64,000 nt of DNA from an uncultured bacterium (lineage in GTDB: Bacteria; Patescibacteriota; Minisyncoccia; Moranbacterales; GWC2-37-73), in the NCBI GenBank assembly GCA_903861715.1, contig CAIOVI010000019.1, positions 5,936 to 69,935 on the forward strand, written 5' to 3'. Positions 30,001 through 39,446 of the stretch are shown one piece after another. The first letter of the stretch is position 1; every line of letters begins with the position of its first letter. Both the position numbers and the translations under genes were made by a program. The notes beneath the pieces are model-generated. The model was not told the origin of the DNA. It saw only the letters and a list, made by a program, of their open reading frames with translations, and searched no databases.

Positions 30001-30282
30001 CAAGATGAAGAAACTTTCGTTACTTTTCAAGCAATGCGACAAAGAAATTCTTTTTTCGCCATACTGGCTAGGGCTGACAAAAATTTGTTTAAATTTCTTG
30101 GCGGGCCAATCGTGTTGGGCGCAGAGCGCAATAGCAAACAAGCGGATGCAAATTTTGAGCAGTTGCGTGCTGCTCAAAAAAAGGCTGAAAAAAGCAGGCT
30201 AGCTTTATTGCTCGAATTTGCATTTGCCTTGGCCGCCACAATTTTCTTTGCCCTTAGTTTTTTCAGGGCTCGTTTCAAATAA
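27061..30282 (+). CDS. large secreted / surface-anchored protein with parallel beta-helix N-region, lipase-like alpha/beta-hydrolase domain (GHSMGS), Ser/Asn low-complexity linker and C-terminal TM anchor
   Basis: Signal peptide. Beta-helix-like repeats (NASNG..., SDNRNAG...). VIFIPGIGAS ... VTHSMGSLVAR lipase/PGAP1-like motif. (SN)n tract. Hydrophobic C-terminus. Confidence 0.65.
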   Translation: MRKKIFPGLHLGIAMLVWIFWGVKVAQALVLVTNDVIVPTTWTKANSPYVIQNFIEIKAPLVIEAGTVIKFQNFESDGGPTVPGLGIQSAFTAVGSPLEKIVFTSACDSNYGGDTQQDCSSKMPSRSGSWDSLRVWVGFGQPVLIEYVKILNASNGVTYVNSQCNFSYRDLTVRNTEISFASSAGIALQCVQPILDSLKLTFNYDGIYVSNSVYNYTPKIRNSILSDNRNAGVEAYRYTYFDARYNYWGDASGPYYGYDNQGNTEGPNKSGSGNRIVGTSVLFRPWDKSDPTIPKKPVIFIPGIGASINPDLMIGGVFADNWTMFDHTYDGILKAFKVMGYQEGKNFFIAYYDWRQGNGESAEKYLKPLIKKALTLNDVTQVNLVTHSMGSLVARSYVQSSSYANNVDNLIMIAPPNRGSSDVYTLWEGGYIPKNWSSRTAMVYYLAYLQLINLETSRYNIIHKYIPSLKDLLPVYDFLFPTGKADELKNFFDMQERNDFLLDLNKSVAGLKTKTDLSIILGDKQPTVSKIPFVDSDQAGLWLDGKPSPLDPVRDDASGDGEVLRLSGDIPSNFWAVLNYDHSAIVSKSEKIVADLLGETLTDTFDSPEIKDEIIFWTDAPGDLKVSDPDGASAPKDNNEDTDVRYAQEEGKDGFKIVSVPNVKNGQYHVELQGHENGNYHLATEYVDHKNENQQEAVQVVQTQKDQTQNFVVTVDPKNPVTPIQDVQLQDEIAPTITLQAPEDGKAYANDQILPIVFSVSDNVSKEEDLVVEKYLDDDSQLFEADSIDFAKLALGQHVFWINVYDEAGNYNSVGVSFEVKQAETPSNPPADNGSGNQDQTGGSGGAGGGNQNNGNTDPDSGSNSNGGSNSNSNSNSNSGSQPVTEAVVAPTQSAAAQENSGSNRKKTASHKKKKQIKTISTTTKFIEGGGVTKSSEPIKVLFSSNFNLSKNSEEQQNLFYQVLEENLKGQLLAMEENPIQDEETFVTFQAMRQRNSFFAILARADKNLFKFLGGPIVLGAERNSKQADANFEQLRAAQKKAEKSRLALLLEFAFALAATIFFALSFFRARFK
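29671..29700 (+). repeat. hexanucleotide microsatellite (aattct)x5, in frame, encoding SNSNSN
   Basis: Read directly from the sequence. Confidence 0.8.
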
Positions 30283-30286
30283 AAGT

Positions 30287-30400
30287 GTATTAATACCCCA
30301 GGGCAAGCCTGCCTACCGGTAGGCAGGCCCTGGACCCTTCGGGCTCACATCGATAAAATTGGTGAGGTATCAATCTTTTGTTATCGTCGCTCACTTCGCT
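30287..30400. repeat. structured repeat element A (copy 2, inverted relative to copy 1)
   Basis: Its reverse complement matches 14572-14676, including the 22-bp palindrome. It starts 5 nt after the stop of the upstream gene. Confidence 0.7.
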
Positions 30401-30547
30401 AGATAATAAACATCCAGCCAATGAGCTTAATTATTTTCTGTTACAATATTTCAGTATATTGTAATATCCCACAATTGAAATTTTTAGCTATCGCCCGCCT
30501 GTCACGATATGACATTTCGGGCAGGCAATTATTTTCAACTCTAAAAG

Positions 30548-30619
30548 CTTTTGACTTTGTTACCATACAACTACATATGGTAACGAAGTCAAAAAGTCCA
30601 TTCAACCACATAAGGACAT
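30548..30619. repeat. long hairpin (19-bp arms) plus GTCCAT...CCACATA...GGACAT hairpin, inside a 225-bp segment bounded by 21-bp direct repeats (30474-30494 and 30699-30719)
   Basis: cttttgactttgttaccat ... atggtaacgaagtcaaaaag, then gtccattcaaccacataaggacat. Confidence 0.5.
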
Positions 30620-30754
30620 CTCGAAAAGCTAGTGGTATTTAATGGTAAATTGGTTTAGTTTGTTTTAATTTTTTTAGTTTTTTATTTCGGGGTGCATAAT
30701 TGAAATTTTTAGCTATCGCAATTTTTTTCAACTCTTTTAAAAATCAAAACCAAA

Positions 30755-30786
30755 AATCCCCAGCCTTTCGGCAGGGGATTTTTTGA
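30755..30786. terminator. bidirectional terminator (tccccagcc tttc ggcagggga flanked by A- and T-runs), probably serving rpmB
   Basis: aaaaatccccagcctttcggcaggggatttttt. Confidence 0.6.
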
Positions 30787-30886
30787 AGTCGCTTTCAATA
30801 AGAAAAATTTTATTATCTAGAGAAGCGAGAGAAACGAAAGTAATCTTTCATTTCCGAGCGAGCGACGATAGCAAGGCGTAATCGCC

Positions 30887-31054
30887 TTATTTGCTTTCAG
30901 TCTTCATGCACTTGGTGCAAATTTTGGCTTTCTTTCCGTCAATCTTTTTGGATTGAATATTGATTGCAAATTTTCTTTTGGAGGCGATGTTTGAATGGCT
31001 TCGGGAATTTCCAGCTGTAGTTCCACGACCGCAAACGCTGCATACTCTACTCAT
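30887..31054 (-). CDS. rpmB: 50S ribosomal protein L28
   Basis: MSRVCSVCGRGTTAGNSRSHSNIASKRKFAINIQ... is a typical bL28 sequence with a Zn ribbon. Confidence 0.85.
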   Translation of the reverse strand: MSRVCSVCGRGTTAGNSRSHSNIASKRKFAINIQSKKIDGKKAKICTKCMKTESK

Positions 31055-31260
31055 AGTTATGAAACATGGAACATGAAACATGAAACAAGAAATCAATCTT
31101 CTTATGTTCTAAGAAAAATATGCTTCGTGTTTTATGCTACGTGTTCTATGATGATGTTGATTTATTACAAGGTTTACTGTATCATAGCTATTGAGTTTTG
31201 ACAAGACTAAAGTCATATAACATAAAACACATAACATAAAGCAGGGCTCATCCATGTTCC

Positions 31261-31992
31261 ATGCTTTGTGATCTATGTTCCATTTCTGTGGACCTAAATT
31301 CAATTGTTTTAATTGCTTTTTATATCCTCATTCTGATTTATTCAATCGTGATTCATGAAGTCATGCATGGCTTTGTGGCGCTTTGGTTGGGCGATTCGAC
31401 GGCCAAATATGCCCAGCGGCTCAATTTCAACATTTTTAATCACATTGATCCAGTTGGTTCAATTTTGGTGCCGCTCATCATGTTGGTGACTTCCGGTTTC
31501 CACTATGCCTTTGGTTGGGCCAAGCCAGTGCCTTACAATCCCTTCAATTTGAAAAATCAAAAATTCGGGCCGATGTTGGTGGCGCTGGGCGGACCTGGTT
31601 CGAACATTGTGTTGGCCTTGGCGGCCGCAATCGTGGGCAGAATGATCACGCTGCCAACAGCCGTCAAAGGCGACATTATTGTCAGTGTGGCGATGGGCAA
31701 TTGGACTCAGCTCTCAGCACTGGTAGCTGGTTCTCTTGGGGCGATTGTTTTCACTTTGATGACAATGGTGATTTTTTGGAACGTGCTGCTGGCTTTTTTC
31801 AATCTAATTCCTTTTCCGCCGTTGGATGGTTCCAAGATTTTATTCACTTTTCTGCCAATCAAAACTGAAACCATGCTCATGCTTGAACAATATGGCTTCG
31901 TGCTCCTTTTGATGTTCATCTTCATCTTTTCAACTCCGCTTGGAATTTTTCTCAACACCATGCTGAGTTTGTTTTTCAGCGTGACTATCTAG
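31261..31992 (+). CDS. site-2 protease family (peptidase M50) membrane metalloprotease
   Basis: HEVMHG (HExxH in a TM helix) and a downstream NLIPFPPLDGSKI motif. The exact start is uncertain. Confidence 0.65.
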   Translation: MLCDLCSISVDLNSIVLIAFYILILIYSIVIHEVMHGFVALWLGDSTAKYAQRLNFNIFNHIDPVGSILVPLIMLVTSGFHYAFGWAKPVPYNPFNLKNQKFGPMLVALGGPGSNIVLALAAAIVGRMITLPTAVKGDIIVSVAMGNWTQLSALVAGSLGAIVFTLMTMVIFWNVLLAFFNLIPFPPLDGSKILFTFLPIKTETMLMLEQYGFVLLLMFIFIFSTPLGIFLNTMLSLFFSVTI

Positions 31993-32081
31993 AAAGTTAC
32001 TTGGGTTGAAATTTTTTTTGAATAAAAAAAGAAAGGCAGAGCAACTAGGTTGGTACCTTTCTTATAATAATGCTTCTTTTT

Positions 32082-32339
32082 TTAAAATTGTTCCTTCAAC
32101 TTAGGAATTATTTTAAAACCTTTTTTAAAGGATTTGAAATCTGGCTTCTCAGGGCCAAATGTAACTGTATAAGTTTTGCAATTTTGTTTTTGATGACAAT
32201 TGTCACCAGGATTTTCTTCTTTGAGGGAATAAATAAATCCACCATCAGCATCCCGTATGCCGTCGCCATTGTAATAAGCCTCCTCTGCTTCTTCAATGGT
32301 TGCTGTTTTTGTCCGGGTTTTTATTTTAAGAAGTTTCAT
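32082..32339 (-). CDS. hypothetical small protein (85 aa)
   Basis: Only non-overlapping ORF with reasonable composition in the 32.0-32.4 kb gap. No recognisable motif. Confidence 0.25.
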   Translation of the reverse strand: MKLLKIKTRTKTATIEEAEEAYYNGDGIRDADGGFIYSLKEENPGDNCHQKQNCKTYTVTFGPEKPDFKSFKKGFKIIPKLKEQF

Positions 32340-32520
32340 TTCTCAAACATTTATGGTTATTGGAATTTTTTCAAAAAAATAAAAAATGCAAAACTCTGGT
32401 TGTTAAAGACCTAATCTTTTCGTCTTGCTATTATATTTCAAAATGACTCAATAGTTTGGCATATTTTGGAAAATAAGTCAAGCTACGGCCTTCAGTGGTG
32501 TTTTGACGTCACTTCGTTTG

Positions 32521-32549
32521 ACATATTTACAAAAGTTAGGTAAACTACT
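32521..32549 (+). promoter_or_regulatory. candidate promoter for rpsL-rpsG-fusA (TTGACA-17-TAAACT)
   Basis: ttgacatatttacaaaagttaggtaaact lies about 240 nt upstream of rpsL. Confidence 0.4.
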
Positions 32550-32742
32550 TTTGTTAGTCAAGTAGCCAAATTTTTGGCTGTTTTGTTTTAGAAAGTAGTC
32601 AGTCGAGGTTCGTTTCGTTCTGGACGGATTTCCCACAGGCTATGCTTAATTAAAAAATGAACTTATATTTTTCAATTTTGATTTTTGAAATTTAATTCTG
32701 AAAAAGGAGGAATTTCAGCCAAGGGCTGATCAACCTTTGGCG

Positions 32743-32777
32743 GAAATTAGAAATTAGAAATTAGAAATTAGAAATTA
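32743..32777 (+). repeat. tandem heptamer (gaaatta)x5 immediately upstream of rpsL
   Basis: ggaaattagaaattagaaattagaaattagaaattaaag, ending 14 nt before the ATG. Confidence 0.8.
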
Positions 32778-32791
32778 AAGCGAAGCGCACT

Positions 32792-33214
32792 ATGCCAACA
32801 ATCAATCAGTTAGTGAAGAAAGGACGCACATCGTCAACCAAAAAATCAAAGTCACCAGCGATGATGACAATTTTTAACACGCTTCAAAACCGACCGAAGC
32901 AAACTTCGAGTCCGTTTAAGCGTGGAGTTTGCATTAAGGTCAGCACCACCACTCCAAAGAAACCAAACTCAGCGCTGCGAAAAATCGCTCGTGTTCGTTT
33001 GACCAATGGCATGGAAGTCACAGCTTACATCCCAGGAGTTGGACACAATTTGCAAGAGCATTCAATCGTGATGATCCGCGGAGGAAGAGTTAAAGATCTT
33101 CCAGGTGTGCGCTATCACATTGTGCGTGGAGTTTTGGACAGCGCCGGTGTTGACAAACGAAACCAAGGTCGCAGCAAATACGGAGCCAAGAGACCGAAGG
33201 CAAAAACCGAATAA
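32792..33214 (+). CDS. rpsL: 30S ribosomal protein S12
   Basis: [12 protein letters not shown] ... [10 protein letters not shown] is canonical uS12. Confidence 0.95.
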   Translation: MPTINQLVKKGRTSSTKKSKSPAMMTIFNTLQNRPKQTSSPFKRGVCIKVSTTTPKKPNSALRKIARVRLTNGMEVTAYIPGVGHNLQEHSIVMIRGGRVKDLPGVRYHIVRGVLDSAGVDKRNQGRSKYGAKRPKAKTE

Positions 33215-33321
33215 TTATATTTAACAGATTAACACTGATATAAAACTGATAAACACTGATCACGGATATCCGTGCTCCGTAAAAATCCGTCAAGGATCTG
33301 TTAAAATCAGTATAAAAAAAT

Positions 33322-33789
33322 ATGGCACGAAGAAAAAGAGTATATAAGAAACAATGGAAAGCTGACTCGAGATATGGAAATGTCTTGGTGGGTCGTTTCA
33401 TTGGCAAAATTTTGCAAGATGGCAAACGAAGTGTGGCTGAAAAAGTTATCTATGAATCTTTTGATATTATTCATGAACGAACCAAAAAAGGCGGTCTGAA
33501 TGTTTTTGAACAAGCAATCAAGAATGTTTCTCCCCTTTTGGAATTGAAATCAAAGCGAGTTGGTGGCGCAAACTATCAAGTTCCGATTCAGGTTTCTGGA
33601 GAACGCCGTCAGACTTTGGCTGTGCGTTGGATTTTGGCAGCTTGCCGCGCGAAGAAGGGCAAGAAAATGGCTGAGAAATTGGCTGATGAATTCATTGACG
33701 CATCAAACAAGGTTGGCAGCGCGATGAAGAAACGCGATGACACTCACCGCATGGCCGAAGCTAACAAAGCTTTTGCACATTTCGCCTAG
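33322..33789 (+). CDS. rpsG: 30S ribosomal protein S7
   Basis: MARRKR ... canonical uS7 sequence. Confidence 0.95.
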   Translation: MARRKRVYKKQWKADSRYGNVLVGRFIGKILQDGKRSVAEKVIYESFDIIHERTKKGGLNVFEQAIKNVSPLLELKSKRVGGANYQVPIQVSGERRQTLAVRWILAACRAKKGKKMAEKLADEFIDASNKVGSAMKKRDDTHRMAEANKAFAHFA

Positions 33790-33861
33790 TTTAAATTTCA
33801 ATAAGACCTATATGACTGTATAGGTCTTATAGGTCTTATTTTTTATCTAACAAAAAAAATT

Positions 33862-35946
33862 ATGTCTCAAGAAAATGACATTTCCAAATTAAGAAACATT
33901 GGCATCATCGCTCACATTGATGGCGGAAAAACCACCACCACGGAGCGTATTTTGTTTTACACTGGGATCACTCACAAAATCGGAGAGGTGCATGAAGGCG
34001 CTGCCACGATGGACTGGATGGAACAAGAACAAGAACGCGGCATCACCATCACTTCTGCGGCCACTAAATGCAGTTGGAAAGGTCATCCAATCAACATCAT
34101 CGACACTCCTGGTCACGTGGACTTCACAGTGGAAGTTGAACGCTCATTGCGCGTGCTGGATGGCGCCGTGGTTATTTTCGATGGCAAAGAAGGCGTGGAA
34201 CCGCAATCTGAAACAGTGTGGCGACAAGCTGACAAATATCACGTGCCGCGTATTTGCTTTGTCAACAAAATTGACAAAGAAGGCGCTGATTTTGATTTTG
34301 TGTTGGGCTCAATTTGGAATCGCTTGACTCCTAATGCTTTGGCGCTGCAAATTCCAATTGGCGAACGCAGTGAATTTTCTGGCGTGGTTGATTTGATGAA
34401 AATGAAAGCCTACACTTTTGAAGGCGAGATGGGCATCAAAGTGGTGGAAAATGAAATTCCAGCTGAACTCGTGGAAAAAGCCAAACAGTGGCGAGAAAAA
34501 ATGATTGAAAAAATTTCTGAAACTGATGATGCTTTGACTGAAAAATATTTGAGTGGCGAAGAAATTTCAACGGAAGAACTGAAAGCTGCTCTCCGTCGAG
34601 GCGTGCTGGCTGCCAAACTTGTGCCAGTTTTCACGGGAACTGCCCTTCGCAACAAAGGCGTGCAATTGGTGCTGGACGCTGTGGTTGACTACTTGCCATC
34701 ACCTTTGGACGTGCCTCCAGTGATTGGAACTAATCCAAAAAATGGCGAAGAAGTTACACGAGCCGCTGATGACAACGAACCTTTTTCAGCCTTGGCTTTC
34801 AAAGTTGCCACCGATCCTTTCGTGGGACAACTAACCTTCTTTCGGGTTTATTCGGGAACTCTCAAGGCTGGTTCATATGTGGTTAATGCCACTAATGGAC
34901 AAAAAGAAAGAATTGGACGAATTTTGCAAATGCATGCCAATCATCGCGAAGAAATTGATGAAATTCGAGCTGGCGGAATCGGCGCCTTGGTGGGACTCAA
35001 AAGCACGACCACTGGTGACACGCTTTGCGATGAACAAAAGCAAATCATTTTGGAAAATATTGTTTTCCCAGAACCTGTGATTGACATTGCGGTGGAACCG
35101 AAGACTAAAGCTGATCAAGAAAAAATGGGACTTGCTCTTCGCAAATTGGCTGGAGAAGATCCAACCTTGCGATTGCGCACCGATGAGGAAAGTGGGCAAA
35201 CCATTATTTCCGGAATGGGCGAGCTTCATCTTGACATCATTATTGATCGCATGAAACGAGAATTTGGAGTGGAAGCTAACATTGGTCAACCGCAAGTGGC
35301 TTATCGCGAAACCATCAAAAGCGAAGCGCAAGCTGAAGGAAAATACATCAAACAGTCTGGAGGACGTGGACAATATGGACATTGCTGGCTCAAAGTGCGT
35401 CCGCAAGAAGAAAAAGGCAAGGGCTATGAATTCTTCGATGAAATTAAAGGTGGAGTTATTCCTCAAGAATACATCACTCCGATTAATAGGGGAGCCAAAG
35501 AAGCTTTGGAAAATGGTGTGTTGGCTGGTTATCCAATGGTGGACGTGATTGTGACCCTTTATGATGGATCTTTCCATGAAGTCGACTCCTCTGAAGCCGC
35601 TTTCAAAATCGCTGGTTCAATGGCCGTGCAAGAAGCGGTCAAACGCGCCAACCCAATCATCTTGGAACCTATTATGAAAGTGGTGGTGACTGTGCCGGAA
35701 CAATTCATGGGTGACATCGTGGGCGACATTAATGCTCGTCGTGGGATGATCAAGGAAATTAATGATCGCGGAGAGGGAAATGCTCGCGTGAAAGAAATTG
35801 AATCTGAAGTTCCCTTGGCCAATATGTTTGGATATGCAACTCAAATGCGATCCATGACTCAAGGACGTGCTTCATATTCCATGGAATTTGCGCACTACAA
35901 CGAAGTGCCAAAGAACGTGGCCGAGACGATTATCGCTAAAAAATAG
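33862..35946 (+). CDS. fusA: elongation factor G
   Basis: [10 protein letters not shown]1 motif, DTPGHVDF, and full five-domain EF-G length. Confidence 0.95.
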   Translation: MSQENDISKLRNIGIIAHIDGGKTTTTERILFYTGITHKIGEVHEGAATMDWMEQEQERGITITSAATKCSWKGHPINIIDTPGHVDFTVEVERSLRVLDGAVVIFDGKEGVEPQSETVWRQADKYHVPRICFVNKIDKEGADFDFVLGSIWNRLTPNALALQIPIGERSEFSGVVDLMKMKAYTFEGEMGIKVVENEIPAELVEKAKQWREKMIEKISETDDALTEKYLSGEEISTEELKAALRRGVLAAKLVPVFTGTALRNKGVQLVLDAVVDYLPSPLDVPPVIGTNPKNGEEVTRAADDNEPFSALAFKVATDPFVGQLTFFRVYSGTLKAGSYVVNATNGQKERIGRILQMHANHREEIDEIRAGGIGALVGLKSTTTGDTLCDEQKQIILENIVFPEPVIDIAVEPKTKADQEKMGLALRKLAGEDPTLRLRTDEESGQTIISGMGELHLDIIIDRMKREFGVEANIGQPQVAYRETIKSEAQAEGKYIKQSGGRGQYGHCWLKVRPQEEKGKGYEFFDEIKGGVIPQEYITPINRGAKEALENGVLAGYPMVDVIVTLYDGSFHEVDSSEAAFKIAGSMAVQEAVKRANPIILEPIMKVVVTVPEQFMGDIVGDINARRGMIKEINDRGEGNARVKEIESEVPLANMFGYATQMRSMTQGRASYSMEFAHYNEVPKNVAETIIAKK

Positions 35947-35989
35947 TTTCCGATGCGAAACTACGAATGAAATACGAATCTACGAAATT

Positions 35990-36016
35990 AAAAAACAGCC
36001 TGCGGGCTGTTTTTTG
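35990..36016 (+). terminator. rho-independent terminator after fusA
   Basis: cagcc tgcg ggctg followed by tttttt. Confidence 0.7.
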
Positions 36017-36058
36017 GTGGGGAAAATAAATAAATCTAAATTTAGCCAACCAACTGTT

Positions 36059-36092
36059 GGAGGCTCAACCTCCATATGGAGGTTGAGCCTCC
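36059..36092. repeat. GGAGG-hairpin palindromic repeat (copy 2)
   Basis: ggaggctcaacctcc atat ggaggttgagcctcc. Confidence 0.7.
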
Positions 36093-36190
36093 TTGCTAGC
36101 ACGCAACTTTATTTGATTTGGCATGCTTGGGGAGATAAAAAAGTTTTCATCATAAAGTAAACTTTCTTGATATTTCAAAAAGTTTAGCTT

Positions 36191-37153
36191 ATGATGAAAA
36201 CAGTGAAATGTGAAATAAATTTTTATTGTTCAAAAAATATGGCACTCTATAATTTACAAAATCATAAGCTTGTAACTATCAAAGAAGAATCATTTAAATT
36301 GGAAAAAGAAATTCAAATAATTACTGAAAAAAATCTTGAATATGTTTTTGGTTTGAAATTTGTAAAATCAGAACTAGCGTTACATAATTTGAGATTTGAT
36401 ACTTTAGCATTCGATGCTGAGAATAAAAGTTTCGTGATCATTGAATATAAAAGAGACAAAAATTTCAGTGTCATAGATCAAGGGTACGCATATCTTTCAT
36501 TAATGCTGAATAATAAGGCCGATTTTATTTTGGAGTATAATGAAAGTGCTAATACCAACTTAAAACGAGATGATGTCGATTGGTCTCAATCAAGGGTGAT
36601 ATTTGTTTCACCAGTTTTTTCAAAATATCAACAGCAAGCCATAAATTTTAGGGATTTACCGATTGAACTGTGGGAAATCACAAAATATCAAAATGATTTA
36701 ATTCAATACGATAGACTGAAGTCTCCAGAAACATCTGAGTCAATCAATAAGATTAGTAAATCAAGTGAAACAGTAGAAAGGGTAACTGAGGAAGTTAGGG
36801 TTTACACGGAAGATGATTATTTAAAAACTGCTGATGAAGAAATAGTAGATCTTTATGAAGAGCTTAAGAATCAAATTTTGAGCTTAGATAACAAAATTGA
36901 AATTGTGCCAAAAAAGAAATATATAGCATTTAAGGCATCTTCTAATTTTATTGATGTATTACCACAGAAGGGTAAGATTAAATGTTGGCTCAATATGCCA
37001 AAAGGGGAATTAAATGATCCTTATGGAATTAGTAGGGATGTTTCTGGAATTGGACACTGGGGCAATGGAGATTATGAGTTTAGTATATCTTCTTCGTCTG
37101 AGTTTATAAATTTGATGCCTTTAATAAAACAAAGTTACGAAAAGAATAAATAG
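36191..37153 (+). CDS. hypothetical protein with a PD-(D/E)xK-like N-terminal nuclease motif and a DUF5655-like C-terminal region
   Basis: FDTLAFD ... VIIEYK fits a D...ExK nuclease core. The C-terminal region resembles DUF5655-type domains. The assignment is tentative. Confidence 0.4.
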   Translation: MMKTVKCEINFYCSKNMALYNLQNHKLVTIKEESFKLEKEIQIITEKNLEYVFGLKFVKSELALHNLRFDTLAFDAENKSFVIIEYKRDKNFSVIDQGYAYLSLMLNNKADFILEYNESANTNLKRDDVDWSQSRVIFVSPVFSKYQQQAINFRDLPIELWEITKYQNDLIQYDRLKSPETSESINKISKSSETVERVTEEVRVYTEDDYLKTADEEIVDLYEELKNQILSLDNKIEIVPKKKYIAFKASSNFIDVLPQKGKIKCWLNMPKGELNDPYGISRDVSGIGHWGNGDYEFSISSSSEFINLMPLIKQSYEKNK

Positions 37154-37275
37154 TCTTATTTTACCAAGCTATCAAATCCTGCCCTCGAGAACTCGAGCTA
37201 TTTCAAAAAACAAAAAGCGTGTCAAAAAAATGCATATTTAGATAGTAAAGTTTCATTTTGAGCCTGATGAGAACC

Positions 37276-37301
37276 AGACCCATATATTAATATATGGGTC
37301 T
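37276..37301. repeat. perfect 26-bp palindrome of the CCATATAT family
   Basis: agacccatatattaatatatgggtct equals its own reverse complement. Confidence 0.6.
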
Positions 37302-37542
37302 GAATGAAAATTTATTAGGCACTGTAAAATGCACATGAGTTGTGCTGAAAATTTTTCTCTTGAGTTGTTAAAATTTGGCAATTGCCAAAAAATAACAACT
37401 TTTGCAAGCTTGGAATTTTTTTGGATATGTTAATTTTGGTAAATATGCGAGATTTGGCATATCTATTTTTTTAGTTGCATTTACTAGGTTTTGTTGTTAT
37501 TTTATAGGGGTGAGAAAATAATAATTCAGAAAATATAAGCTT

Positions 37543-38649
37543 ATGAAAAAGCATGAACTGCGAGAATGTATTGAAAAAATAAAGACAGGAAGCAAGGAAG
37601 AAATCAAACTTGCCAATAAAGCGCTTGAAAAAATTTGGGATGATTCTGACAGGGAATCGGCTGATCGAAAAGAGTTTCTTGAAATGTTTATTTCTGAATT
37701 CGGAAACTTTGAAGCTATTAAAAATGAGAGCAACAAGATTGCCTTCATTGGATCTTTGAAATATGCGTTTATGTCCGTGGATCAAGATGACCGCAATTTT
37801 GAAGCTTGCGCACGATTCGTGTTGTATTGTATGACAAATCCCTCTGGGCATATAAGGCAAGCTATAATCCATGTAGGTATCTATCTGATTCATTTTTTGC
37901 GTGCGTCTTTCAGCGATTTCAGAAAAAATGAGCAAGATGAGAAACTTATTTTGAAAAACCAAGAAAGAATTGGCAAGTTCATAACTGAATTGGATGCAAT
38001 GCTGGAACATTTTTATGAGAGAAAATACAAACGTTTTAAATACATTAGCAGTTTGCCACCGAGTGCGTATAAAAGTTTGGAAATCCTTAGAAATCAGCTT
38101 CTTTGCAGTGAGTACTATCAGAAAATATTTGAGGAATATCAAAACAAGAGATTGCGCACGGTTTTGCCGCAGCTTGTTTTGAAATATACGCAATTAGGTA
38201 TTAATACGGTTGAAGACGGATTTGTCTGTTCTCTTTGCCAGCGCAGAAAAAAGCGTTTAGGATCTTCAAATCCGTTGGCTAAAAAGCCATTGATAATTTG
38301 CGAGGACTGCACAATTGATGAATATATGAAAGATTATGGCTACAAAACTCGAGCCGCTGCCGCAGCTCGCAGAAGAAGAATTTTTGATGTGGGATATTTG
38401 TTGCAAGATTTACTAGTGGATCGATATTTAGCTGAAAATAATAAAAAACATATTAGGGAATTAAGTGAGCATGAGACTGAGCAGCTTTTTATGCTTGGGG
38501 CAGGTATGTACAATGAGCTTTTTGATAAAGGCGATAAAATTTTTCTTGAGGAAATTTTTAATCAAAAAGAAATCGAAGAAAAATTACAAGCAACTTTGGA
38601 TAAAGGTGAATTTGATTGGGATTTTTTCAAAGCTAATTTGGAGCAATAA
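37543..38649 (+). CDS. hypothetical protein (368 aa) with an internal CxxC...CxxC zinc-ribbon-like segment
   Basis: CSLCQRRKK ... CEDCTIDEY. No catalytic motif was recognised. Confidence 0.45.
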   Translation: MKKHELRECIEKIKTGSKEEIKLANKALEKIWDDSDRESADRKEFLEMFISEFGNFEAIKNESNKIAFIGSLKYAFMSVDQDDRNFEACARFVLYCMTNPSGHIRQAIIHVGIYLIHFLRASFSDFRKNEQDEKLILKNQERIGKFITELDAMLEHFYERKYKRFKYISSLPPSAYKSLEILRNQLLCSEYYQKIFEEYQNKRLRTVLPQLVLKYTQLGINTVEDGFVCSLCQRRKKRLGSSNPLAKKPLIICEDCTIDEYMKDYGYKTRAAAAARRRRIFDVGYLLQDLLVDRYLAENNKKHIRELSEHETEQLFMLGAGMYNELFDKGDKIFLEEIFNQKEIEEKLQATLDKGEFDWDFFKANLEQ

Positions 38650-38718
38650 AAGGGGGATGGGAATATAATTTTAAAGGAAGAGATTGTCTTAAATTTTAAA
38701 ATGTGCTAGATTGTTACT

Positions 38719-39039
38719 ATGGAAACGCAGATAACCGACCAAAAAATAGCTGAAATTGCCAAGCAAATTGCTGAGCAACAACAACCAGAAAAGATTATTC
38801 TTTTTGGTTCTTATGCTTGGGGAAAACCGCACAAAGATTCTGATGTGGATTTGTTTGTGGTGAAAAAAACTAACGACACTCGAAAAACTGCTCAGGAGAT
38901 TAATCAATTGTTTTTTCCCAGATTCTTTCCAATGGACGTGGTTGTTTACACTCCTTTTCAATTGGAAAAGGAGCTTAATTTGGAGGAACCTTTTGCTTTG
39001 AAAATAATCAACGAAGGCAGAATTTTATTTCAAAATTAA
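38719..39039 (+). CDS. minimal nucleotidyltransferase (MntA/HI0073-like antitoxin-type NTase)
   Basis: LFGSYAWGKPHKDSDVDLFVV contains the GS...DxD NTase fold motif. Confidence 0.75.
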   Translation: METQITDQKIAEIAKQIAEQQQPEKIILFGSYAWGKPHKDSDVDLFVVKKTNDTRKTAQEINQLFFPRFFPMDVVVYTPFQLEKELNLEEPFALKIINEGRILFQN

Positions 39040-39044
39040 AAGCA

Positions 39045-39446
39045 ATGAAAGAAGAAAATAAAAAAATTGTGCTTGAGCGTTGGTTTAAGAAAGCCCAAGA
39101 AGATGAGCTTAATGCTGATTCTATTTTGAGGCATCGCGATGGCACTCCTGGCGTAGTGTGTTTTCTTGCACAACAATTGGCAGAAAAATATTTGAAAGCC
39201 TGTCTGATTTCTTTTGATTTGGAAATCTTGAAAGTGCATGATCTTTTGAGGTTGATTTCAGTTTTGGAAAGCAGTGCTTCAGAAATAAAAATTTTAAGCA
39301 ATGAGGCAAATCTTTTGAATCAATTTTATATCGAAACTCGCTATGTGGGTGATTATCCCGATTTTTCCTGGGAGGATGCAGAGAAAGCCTATGAAGCAGC
39401 CAAAAAAATCAAGGAGTTTGTTTTGAGGGAAATCACGGAGAAATAG
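39045..39446 (+). CDS. HEPN domain protein (HepT-like partner of the upstream NTase)
   Basis: Helical protein of about 130 aa immediately downstream of the NTase, with a 5-nt gap. The Rx4-6H-like region is near the C-terminus. Confidence 0.65.
   Translation: MKEENKKIVLERWFKKAQEDELNADSILRHRDGTPGVVCFLAQQLAEKYLKACLISFDLEILKVHDLLRLISVLESSASEIKILSNEANLLNQFYIETRYVGDYPDFSWEDAEKAYEAAKKIKEFVLREITEK

Noticed and set aside
14519-30400. A ~16-kb composite transposon bounded by the inverted element-A copies
   Set aside because: The interior is housekeeping (comEC, ndk) plus unrelated genes, with no transposase. The elements are more likely independent structured repeats, although an inversion substrate remains possible.
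32070-32414. 114-aa ORF on the plus strand
   Set aside because: It overlaps the better-looking minus-strand ORF, and its composition looks like out-of-frame translation. Neither has a recognisable motif.
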